A DNA stretch of 63,024 nucleotides, the filler included, from Malassezia furfur (lineage: Eukaryota), in the NCBI GenBank assembly GCA_052055015.1. It is 10 parts of 10 records of this genome, joined end to end, with 100 filler letters (N's around TTAATTAATTAA, not from the genome) between each part and the next. Parts side by side here need not be neighbours in the genome. Positions count along the whole stretch, not along the records: positions 1 to 6,265 come from JBQJIT010000552.1; positions 6,366 to 12,604 come from JBQJIT010000553.1; 8 more parts are not named here. One strand, written 5' to 3'. Of the stretch, positions 1-9,763 are shown piece after piece (the stretch's first letter is position 1; the number at the start of each line of letters is the position of its first letter). Below the pieces are notes generated by a model. That model ran no database searches and was not told the DNA's origin. It was given only the letters and a program-made list of their open reading frames with translations. Position numbers and translations under genes: made by a program.

Positions 1-351
1 CGACGGCGGCGCTGGGCCCTGCACTGGCCGCGGCGGCGGCGACGCACTGCGCAGCCGTGCGCCGGACCGCGGCGGGGATGTGCTGCGCTGCTTCGTGCCC
101 TCATCTGCAAAGCGCCAGCGGTACCGTGTGCCCTGCACCGGTGCGGCCGTCCCCGCATAGTAGCGGTCGCTCAGGCGCCCGTCGTTCCACCGGCGCACAA
201 ACCGCGCAAAGTACCGCCGCGCGTCCTCGCTAGGCATCTCATCGAGGTAGTGGTCACGCTCCTCAAGCCATGCGCGAAACTCGCGCGCGCGCGCATAGTA
301 CGCGTCGTATCCCAGCCGCGGCGCGCCGTGGGGCAGCGCCGGCAGCGTCAT
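1..351 (-). CDS. Conserved small nuclear protein, style cell-cycle inhibitor 1 (SCI1)-like; 3' end runs off the window
   Basis: Not in the ORF track. Manual translation from ATG 351 gives MTLPALPHGAPRLGYDAYYARAREFRAWLEERDHYLDEMPSEDARRYFARFVRRWNDGRLSDRYY, which resembles the EF..WL...AR.YF..FV..WN.G.L...YY pattern of SCI1-like proteins. Confidence 0.6.
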   Translation of the reverse strand, partial: MTLPALPHGAPRLGYDAYYARAREFRAWLEERDHYLDEMPSEDARRYFARFVRRWNDGRLSDRYYAGTAAPVQGTRYRWRFADEGTKQRSTSPPRSGARLRSASPPPRPVQGPAPPS

Positions 352-386
352 GTCAATGTGGAGGCGCGAAGCGGGGCGAAGCTCGG

Positions 387-2359
387 CTAGGCTACGGGAG
401 ACATGCTAAACAGCTCGCCCTCGGTCTCGCTCGGCGGCGGCGAGGCCGCCGTGTGTACCGAGAGCGCAGGTGCGCCTGCGCGCGGCGGCATGTGTGTATT
501 AATCGAGAGCGACTGCATCCCACGCGCGACATCCGTCGGCGCCGCCGCCGCCGACGCGGGCGACGGCACATCCGACTCGTCGTCGTCCGGCACCGACGCC
601 GTGCCATGCGCCGCCGCAGGCGACGCGGGGACAGAACGTGCATTACGTACCGGCATGGGCATGTGCGACGGCATCATGTGCATCATGCCCGGCGGGGCCA
701 TCATGCCGAACGGCGCAAACGCCACCAAACCTGGCTCGGTCCGCGGCGCTCGCTCGTGGGCTGCGCCGCGCGGCATGCCCGGTGCCGTGGTCGGTGGCGC
801 AAACATCGCAGGGTTAGGGGGGTATGTGACGCCCTGCATCGCAGCGGCGCCGTAGTGCTTGGTAAAGTCGTCAAGCGGCACGGGGCCGCTCGACCCGAAC
901 GGCTCGCGTGGCGCGTGCCGGGGCAAGGAGCGCGAGCCCGTAGACGCGTCATGGTGCCGCCGCGAGCTGGGAAAATCGGGCGCGCGGGAGAGTTCGTCCT
1001 CGCGCTCCTCGCACAACTCGTCGAGGAGCGCAGTGGCACGTGCGCTGCGGTTCGACAGCAGGCGGCCTGCGCGCATAAACTCGCCGCGGATCGTATAGAG
1101 GCCATCCTTGGTGACAGTGCGCGACACGTTGTACCCGTGCTGGAACGGGTCCTCGATGCACAGGTGCTCACCACTCCATCCCCGCGACTCTTTGGTGACG
1201 AGGCCTGCCTCGGTGTGGATGGAGATGGCGTCCTTGGCATAGTTGAAGTCGCGCGAAAAGTACCGGAAAAAGTCGAGCATCAGCTCGCCGACCGAGTCGG
1301 TACACAGCGAGTGCCACTCGCGCCGGAGTGTGTCGATATCGTCGTAAAAGTACACATTGCACCCGTCCAGCTCCGCCTCCTCCGGCGCGAGCGGCCGCCC
1401 AGGCGGGATGCGCTGCAGGTTCGGCAGCACATTGGGGCGACGCACATGGATCAGGTAGAAGAGCACGAGCAGCGTGTAGCCGTACGAGGACAGTGTGCCC
1501 GTGTACGGCGAGTTGAGCTTCCGCCGCTTGGTCCATACCTTGAGGAAGAGGACGAGCGTGCGGAGCCGTGCAGGGTCGATCATCGCGTACGACAGCAGCA
1601 GACGCGTATTCTCCAGCGCAACCTGGTTGTCGAAGCCGATGTCGCACGCAATGTCGCACGGCACCTCGCTCGTCGCGCGTCGGCTGATCTTGATGATAGG
1701 GATCCGTGCCTTGGGTAGCGGCAGAACCTGGAAATCGGTTTCTGCGTGTGAGCGCGCCACGTACCTTTACGGATCAGCTCGCCCAGGATCTCGACCATCT
1801 CAGAGGCGCTCCGATGCGCGTCGTGCGCGTCGTCGTCGCCATGAGGGATCATACAGCACAGGTCCATGTCTGGGGGAGGTCAGTGGCACAACGTACCCGA
1901 GTTGCGCAGCGCAAAGCCGTTGGCCATGCTCCCGAACGCGAGGAGGCGTGCGCCTGGGCACACACGCGCTGCGAGCTGCTCGAGCTGCCGCCGCGTCGCC
2001 TCCTTGATCTCGTACTCACGGTCCGTCGGAAGCATCGGCTCGAGGATCTCTATCATTGCGCGCGCGAGATCAGCCGTATGCCGCTCATAGGTCTGCGTCA
2101 CACTCCCTGCCGGACCGCGCGAGCGCCCGCGCGGTTGTGCACCATGCACGCTGCCAGTGCGGTCCGCGGGCGGTGCTGGGACGCGAAATGGTTCGCGCCC
2201 GTACGGCGCGTGTATTGGCGCATGCGGCAGGTGCGGATCGGATGACACGGACCGCGGTCTTCGCAGAGCACTATCACCCCACACCGGGCTGCCCACTCCT
2301 GGATGCGGATGCGCGGCTTGCATCGCGACCGGCGCGACGTGAGCTGACGTCGGCTCCAT
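387..2359 (-). CDS. Cid1/Cid13-family non-canonical poly(A)/poly(U) RNA nucleotidyltransferase
   Basis: Motifs FGSMANGFALRNS-DMDL (Pol-beta GS..DxD), CDIGFDN, GTLSSYGY, CIEDPF. Introns at 1870-1896 (27 nt) and 1742-1764 (23 nt) join three ORF-track pieces. Confidence 0.9.
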
Positions 2360-2579
2360 GGACGAGGCGGGGTGGGCGTAAATGGAGGTGCGTATCAGGG
2401 AAGTGCGGACTACGCTACAGGAGGGGCAGGACGCATGGGACAAGCGGCGCACACGCGGACCGGCGGCGCGCGCGAATGAATCCACGCACGCGCACTGGGT
2501 GCCGCGGTACACGCTGCTTGCGCTGCGCGCGTACGCACCGGCGCGTGGCCGGCGCAGGGTATGTGGTCAGGATCGGCCG

Positions 2580-2882
2580 CTAAGCCTCCTGGAACTCGGC
2601 ACGGAGCTGGTCGCGCTCTTCCTTGGACACCTGCGTAAGTATGCTATGCCAATGGCGTGTGTGACATACCTTCCAGAACCGGTTCTTGCGCGGGACGTAG
2701 GGCACGAGGCGCACGTTGCTCGGCAGGTCGACGCTCTGGAGCTTGTCGAGCACAGTCGGCGCGGCCGGCGCGGGCGTCGTGCGCTGGGCCGTCTGTGCTG
2801 CCTGGCGGATCACCGCCTTTTGGATGCGCAGGTGTTGCGGCAGCGGCTGGATGTGCAGCAGCCGGGGCACACTCGCCAACAT
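2580..2882 (-). CDS. Small hypothetical protein (~87 aa) with a possible mitochondrial presequence
   Basis: ATG 2882 (MLASVPRLL...). In-frame intron candidate 2631-2669 (GTATGT...CTTACGCAG, 39 nt). Divergent from TFC3. Confidence 0.55.
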   Translation of the reverse strand: MLASVPRLLHIQPLPQHLRIQKAVIRQAAQTAQRTTPAPAAPTVLDKLQSVDLPSNVRLVPYVPRKNRFWKVCHTRHWHSILTQVSKEERDQLRAEFQEA

Positions 2883-2954
2883 CGTCGTCGTCGCAGGTCG
2901 AAGAAAAGCGCACGTGACGTACGCGCTCCGGTCTGTGCGCCCCCCACGAGCGTG

Positions 2955-5900
2955 ATGCTGGCGCGGCTGCTGGCGTACTGCGTCGAGCAAATCGCGCTCG
3001 ATGGCGAACAAGGTACGCGGCGCATAAATGCTCATCACAGGCACGGACGTAGAACGTGTGTTTGCGTTCGCGGCCGCGTGTATCGCGCGTACGGGCGTGC
3101 GCGCGGTGCTTGACGCGCCCTATCGCGCGTACGTTTGGGAGGCGCTTGTCGCGCATCCCGACGTGTACGTGGGTGTGGCGGTAGAGCGTGCCGCACCCAA
3201 GAGCGAGCGACGGACCTCGGTGCTTGGCAAGGCGGCGCCCGCATCGATGGCGCCTGACCGGATCGCGTCGGGGCCGTTGGCGGCTCTGCAGCACGCGCAC
3301 GGTGATGCGCTGCGCGTCGCGGTCGATGCCCAGCGTGTGCGGCGCCTGCTGACGGGAACCGATGATCCAGCCTACTTGTCCCCCGCCGCGTACGTGGTGC
3401 TGCAGCATGTGAGCCGCGCACGCGCCGCCGGACTCACCGTCGTGGAGCTGGGCAAGGCGACGCACTACGACCAAAAGACGGTGTTTTATCTGGTCAAGGC
3501 GCTGGTGGAGCGCGACTTGGTGTACGTTGAACGACTGATGCAGGGCCAAGTTTGCTGCGCCCGAGATGGGGCACGTGTCCAACTACATCGTCTGCAAGGC
3601 CTTCCTGGCGGACAATCCCCAGTGGCAGGCGCAGCAGAATGCGCTCGGCGATGCGGCGCACGCGGAGGACGCGCAACCCAGGTGGATGGACGTCGACCGC
3701 CTCGCGACGATCGAACAGCAGCGCGAGAGCGACGACGAGGACGACGACGCGATGCCCGAGCTTGCCGTCGAAGGCGCCGCGAGCGAGGGGTCCGATATGC
3801 TCGCCTTCCCCCTGCTGTCCGAGGAGCAGAGCAAGGTGTGGCTGCACAGTCGGCAGGACCTGCTGCGCCAGCGACTGTTTGGATTGCTGCGGGCGTCGCC
3901 GGCGCACATGACGCCGCGCCGGCTGCTCGCTACGCGCCTTGGCCTGCGGTCTGTGCCGGGCACGAAGCGTGCCCTGATTGCGTTCCTGAACCGCAACGTC
4001 ACTGCCGGCTATGTTGAGCGCGTGCGTGTGCAGCTGGGCCATTTAACGCCGCTATACCTGCGTGCGACCGAGCGTGGCCTGCACGCGCTGTCGGACGATG
4101 GCGCCGCCGATGCGCCGCCCGATGCGTTCCTCGCTTCGTGGACCGTCGAGCGCGAGGCGAGTGTCGAGCAGCAGCTCGTGCGCTACATCTCCGCGCGCGG
4201 GTCGCACGGCTGCACGCTGCACGAGCTTGCGGTGCACTTCCACGCGTCTACGGACGTGAAGCGCATGATCGAGCAGATCCTTGCGGGGCAGACCGCGCCG
4301 CCTTACACACCGCTCACGATCTGTGCGCCGTTTGAGCAAGAGGGGCGCGAGCGGCGTATCCGGTATTATACATTTGCGGGCTTCCAGGCGCGGTGTGCCG
4401 ACGACGGCGTCGACCTCGCCGCGGCGCTCGGACTGCCACCGCACGCGCCGATCCCGACGGCGGCCGCGCCGCTGCCGCCGACGCTGCCGGGCGAGGCGGC
4501 GTTTGCGGACTCGGACGCGTATACAGCCGCGCTCGCAGGCCTGCAGCGGCACGAGCTCGGCTTTTTCCGCGACGCCACAGGACCCGTGGCGCTGCGCAAG
4601 CGCAAGGCGACCAACGTCGACCCGGTAACCGGACAGCCGAAGCGCGGACGGCCGCGCAAGATCAAGGCCGAGGACCGCGCGGCGTCCACGGCCGAGGCAG
4701 ACGCCGCAGCGGAGACCGCCGCACCCCCGCCGGCGCCCGTGCCCGCGGTGGCACCGGCACCACGCTTGCCCGATGCATGGGCGCAGCTGCAGCCCGCACC
4801 TGTGCGTGCCGAGGCGCGGCGGACGAACATGAGCACGTTCCACCGGAGCACGCTGCTGCTCTCGGCCGTGGAGAGTGCGGGCGGCGCGGTCGACGAGCTC
4901 GATGTGCCGCGCCTCCTGCAGCAGGCCGGGGGCCCTGACCTCGCGGACCGCACGACGCGCGCCAAGGCGATTGACGAAGCGGTGCGCCGGGGTCTGCTGC
5001 GTACCACCAAGGTGCAGCGCGACGCGGGCGACGCGCACCGCCAGCGCACCATCTTGTACCTACCGTCGCTCGCGGCCGACCAGCTGCAGGCCGTGGTGCA
5101 GGACGTGGTGCAGGGCCGCAGCGCGAGCCGTGCCGGCGTCACGAAACGCTCCGACGTGACGGGCGCCGAGGCGGGGCTGCTGGACGCGGCGCCGGCCACG
5201 CTGCCATGGGCGACGTCGGACAAGGTGCCTGCCGCGCCCGCCGACGAGGCCGGTACGCCCACGGCCGATCCCGCCGACGATCCTGCGACGCGGCACGCCT
5301 TTGCGCGGCTGTCGCACGTGCTCCGGGCGTTCTACGGCTTCTCCCACGGCGCCGCGGCACGGCTGCACCTCTTCCATGCGGCCGCGGCGACGCAGCCTAC
5401 GGCGCCGGACGTCGACCTCACCTGGTTCTGGACGGCGTGCCCGGTGTGGACCTATGTGGCACTCGTGCCTGTCAAGCTGCGCACGCGCACGGTGGTACGC
5501 ACGGTGCTGAGTGAGGCAGCACGGACCATGCCCGTGCACGAATTGTCCGAGCCCGTGGCGCAGCGCCTCGGTCTGCGCCGCATCAAGGCTCACGCCGTGC
5601 GCTTCCAAAGCTATGCCGAGCAGCTCGTGGCGCTCGGTGTCGCGGCGCGCGAGGGCACCGACCAGTACAGGCTGTGCACCGACGCCGAGCTCGGCGGCAC
5701 GCACTACGATCTGCGCACGCGCGAGGGCATCGATGCGTATTGGGCGGCGCTGCGTGCGGCGTATGCGCCAGCGGGCGAGGGCGGCGACGGCGACGGCGAG
5801 GGCGGCGAAGAAGATGGCCGTGAGCGCAGTGCGGATCAAGCGGCAGGCGGCGCAGACGCGAACAGCAGCGGAGCAACGCACCGGCCCCCACACCCGCGCC

Positions 5901-6265
5901 TGCCATTCCTGCGCACGCACCACGCATGGCAGGATACCTTCCACCTGCGGCGCCCGCAAAAGGCCTTCTTGCGGCGCTACTCGCAGCACGAGCCGACGGA
6001 CGCACTCGTCGCGCGCGTTGCGCATGCGTGCCTCGCGCCGGTCGAAGCCGTCGCTCCCTTCCTGCGTGCGCCGCGGCGTGCGGCACGTCCTGTGCGCGAC
6101 GTGCTGGCCGACAAAGTCGCAGCTCGGCGCGCGCAGCGCGCGACCGAGTTTGACGCGCTGCTCGCCGCGGAACAGGCCGAGCACACGGTCGCGCCCGAGC
6201 GGCAGCCGGCCGTCGAGCGCCTGCTCGCGCAGCACCGCCGGCGGTACCTGCACGGGCGCGACCGT
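2955..6265 (+). CDS. TFC3: RNA polymerase III factor TFIIIC B-block-binding subunit (Tfc3/Sfc3); 3' truncated by contig end
   Basis: N-terminus CVEQIALDGEQG, winged-helix-like segment ELGKATHYDQKTVFYLVKALV, AT-hook KRGRPRK. Introns 3013-3040 (28 nt) and 3522-3543 (22 nt) reconcile the frames. Confidence 0.8.
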
Positions 6266-6365
6266 NNNNNNNNNNNNNNNNNNNNNNNNNNNNNNNNNNN
6301 NNNNNNNNNTTAATTAATTAANNNNNNNNNNNNNNNNNNNNNNNNNNNNNNNNNNNNNNNNNNNN
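6266..6365. other. Artificial contig spacer (N44-TTAATTAATTAA-N44)
   Basis: Six-frame-stop 12-mer embedded in Ns; the same spacer occurs nine times in the window. Confidence 0.98.
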
Positions 6366-6839
6366 GCCGGCGAGCCCGTCGACGTGGGCGACGCGCTCGC
6401 CCTCGCGCTCGCACAGGTGCTCACGCACCTGCCGGCCGGCAAGCTCGGCGACGGCGCGCTTGCGGCGGTCGACGGGCTGTTCGACGCCGCCTTCCTCGCC
6501 GAGGAAGAGGTGCGCGAATCGGTCAAAAAGGCGCTCGCCGAGCTCAGTGCCGCGTACCTGCGCTACGATGCCGTGCACGGCACTGAGCTGCTCGAAAAGC
6601 ACGTGCTGCGCCCGGCGCCCGTCGACGTGCAGCTCGCTGCGCTGTGCCTGCGCACGTGTGTTGAAGAGGCCTCGGACGCGCTGTACGCCGCCGTGCGCCC
6701 GCCTGCGACCGTCGCGCAGCTCGCGGCGACGTGGATGGGCGATGCGCCGTCGGTCGCGCGGCCGGCGCGCGAGACGCGCGACCTGCTGCGCCGCACGGAC
6801 CCATGGCGCAAGGACGACGACGTGCAGAGCGCCCTGTGA
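6366..6839 (+). CDS. C-terminal fragment of a helical-repeat protein, possibly Gcn1
   Basis: Open frame from the contig start to TGA 6839. Amphipathic helical sequence ending VARPARETRDLLRRTDPW; the Gcn1 call is tentative recall. Confidence 0.45.
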   Translation, partial: AGEPVDVGDALALALAQVLTHLPAGKLGDGALAAVDGLFDAAFLAEEEVRESVKKALAELSAAYLRYDAVHGTELLEKHVLRPAPVDVQLAALCLRTCVEEASDALYAAVRPPATVAQLAATWMGDAPSVARPARETRDLLRRTDPWRKDDDVQSAL

Positions 6840-6927
6840 CCGTAGTCGATAGACAGCCCTTCGCAACTTCTCCGGACCCCTTGCTGTGCTCCGTGTGCCC
6901 ACGCCAATGTCTCTTTGCATATCTACA

Positions 6928-8024
6928 CTACAGTAAACCGGTCTCGCGCAGCGAGTTCTGCAACAGTGTCTCCTTGACCGCGGCAAAAACGAGGCGGATG
7001 TTGCTCGTGTCCGTGGCCTGTGTTAGATGCGGGTAAATGTTGAGCTTGGCGCGATTCGCCAAGGTGAAGCGCCAGAGAATATATTTCGCAGCCTTATTGA
7101 CATCGTCGCCGCCCGTGTACTCGGGGAAGTAGTCGGACAGCGGGTGCCGCGGGATTTTTTGCCGGAAGATGTCAATTTTGTTGAGTAGGAGCACAATCGA
7201 GGTGCGTGCAAACCAGCCTGGGTCAGTCGTCCTCACGTACGTGAATTCACCACACTCTCGAACAGTACCAGACTCTCTGCCATGCGGTTCTGTCGATTGT
7301 CCTCGAGCAGCACCTGGTCGTACTCGCTGAGCGCGACACAAAAAATGATCGACGTCACCGCCTCGAAGCAGTGGATCCATTTGCGCCGCTCGGAGCGCTG
7401 CCCGCCGACGTCCACAAGGTGGATCGAAAGCTCGCCCATGCGGAAGTGGGTCTCCATGATGCCTACCGTCTTGGACCGCGCGTGCAGTACGTCCTGCTCG
7501 CTCGGCAGGTAGGTCGACGAGGCGATCCGCTGTGCCTGCTCAAAGAAGTAGTCCGCATTGTCCATCATGTAGAATTCGCCCCGGCGTTCAAGTAGCGCTG
7601 GAATCACTGGGTCCTTCCACAGCGACGCGATCATCGTGCCCATCTCGGCGGGCAGCGTGAGGTTCGCGTCCGCGGGCACGCTGTACTCGAGGATGCGGTC
7701 GGCCGCCTCGCGGTTCGTCAGCTCTTGGGGCTCGAGCGAGAAGCGGCGCAGCGCCAGCACCACCGCCTGCGCCGAGTCAATCAGATTCTTGATTACCGTG
7801 AGCCGGTACACGAGCAGCTCGTTCGGCGTGAAGCCGTTCTGGTGGATGATCTTCATCTGCTTCACGATCGTCGACTTGCCCGACTCGCCAGAGCCGAGCA
7901 GGAGAATCTTGTACTCGCTCTTCCCGCGCCGGCTGTCCTCATCAATGCGCTTGTCGATGTCGAGGCTCTTTTGCTTGGCATCCTGGTCCACGCCGTGCGC
8001 CGGACCAGAGAAGCACGCGCCCAT
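6928..8024 (-). CDS. Heterotrimeric G-protein alpha subunit, fungal group III (cAMP pathway, Gpa3-like)
   Basis: MGAC myristoylation/palmitoylation start, [26 protein letters not shown] 23-nt intron at 7218-7240 restores SVVNSRWF. Confidence 0.95.
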
Positions 8025-8104
8025 CACGCCGACGACCGCTGTGGAGAGCAAAGGCACGCGCCGGGCGGCAGGCCCCGGCCCCGATCGGACCCGATCTATG
8101 GCGC

Positions 8105-9622
8105 CTACAGATGGCTCTTGCGCTCGCCCGTCGGGTTGAGCACGTTCGTCTCGGGCAGCTCGCCCATGGTCGTGCCGCGGTTGTGCAGCGCGCGCAGGTC
8201 GAGCATCTCAGGCACGACGTCGCGCATCGTCGGCGCGCCAATCAGGCGCATGTTCATCTCGATCTCGTCGCGCAGGATTTGCACCGCGCGCACAACACCG
8301 TCCGCACCGTACGCCGAGAACGCGTAGATGAAGGGGCGGCCGATGCCGACGGCAGTGGCGCCGAGCGCAATCGCCTTCAACACGTCCGTGCCGCGGCTGA
8401 TCCCGCCGTCGACAAACAGCTGGAACGTGGGGCCCGGCGCCTTGCCCCGCTTGCGCAGCTCGTAGACGACCTCTTCGAGCACCTCGATGCCCGAGCGCGA
8501 AAAGTCGAGCTGCCGGCCACCGTGGTTGGACAGGACGCAGCCGGCAAAGCCCATGTCGTACGCCTTCAGTGCGTCCTCCCAGCACTGAACGCCCTTGAGC
8601 AGGACGGGCATGCGCACTTGGTTCTTGATCCACATCGCGTCGTTCCAGTCGAGGCCGGGGTCGATGAACGAGCTGATGGCACGCGCGGCGCCCTCGTCGC
8701 GCGAAACCTCGTCGCCCGAAGAGCTCTGTACGTTGGACCCTGCGTCGTCAAAGTGCATGCGCATGTCCTGTTCGCGGCGCCCGAGCTGCGGCGCATCGAC
8801 GGTGATGAAGAGCGCCTGGACGTCGGCCTCCTCGGCCTTGCGCAGCATCTCGCGCACGATCTTGCGGTCGCTGTTGACGTACAGCTGGAAAAACTGCGTG
8901 GGCTTGCCGCCCTCGGTGCGTTCGTTCACAATCTCGTCAAAGCTGCACGACGACAGCGTCGGGATCATCTGGATGAGACCGGTGCGCGCAGCGGCGCGCG
9001 TCAGGTTTTTCTCGCCGTCGGGGTGGCCGAGGCGGCCTAGCGCCGTGGCGGTGATGTACACAGGAAGCGTGCTGGGGTGCCCGAGAATCGACGTGCTGGG
9101 GTCGACGTAGCGCACGTTGCGCAGGATGCGGGGACGGAACCAGATGCGGCGGAACACGGCGCGGTTCTCGTGGTACGTCTCGAGGTCGTCGGCGGCCGAG
9201 CTGTAGTACGCCCAGGCCATTGGTGTGAGCACCTGGCGCGCGACCAGGCGGAAGTCTTGCAGGTTGAGACACTGGTCGAGCGGCGGGAGGTTTTCGCGGC
9301 GTTTCTGCTCCTCGCGCGCCTGCTCCTCGCGCTCCTTGCGCAGCGCTTCAGGCACCGTGTTGGTGTCGATAGAGCCGAGGTGCTTCTCCTTCGGGAGGTG
9401 GTTCTCGATCGTGCCCGGCGGGTGCACGGGGTCAAACACGGAGCTGGGTCAGGCGCGAGCAACGTACGTGGCATCCTTCCCAGCGTACTTGAGGATGATC
9501 TGCGTGCCGCCCGGGTGGTCCGGGAGGAAATCGGTCACATCGTACACCTTATCGTAGAGCACAACATAGCAGTCATCGCGCGATGAGTGCTTTGCGACCT
9601 CGTCGTAGCTCCAGACGGTCAT
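8105..9622 (-). CDS. CYB2: Flavocytochrome b2 / L-lactate dehydrogenase (cytochrome b5 domain plus FMN alpha-hydroxy-acid dehydrogenase)
   Basis: HPGG heme motif in exon 1, [18 protein letters not shown]. 24-nt intron 9444-9467. Ends -SHL. Confidence 0.92.
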
Positions 9623-9763
9623 GCTGGACGTGCGTTACTTGCTTAGCAATCGGCGCGGTGCGAGGCCCTGGCGCCTTTGCGCCCCAACTTCCACACCGCG
9701 GCCTCCACACGCCAACCCCCGCACGTGGCAGCGCGCACGCGGCGCTCCCATCCGTGCGCCCAC

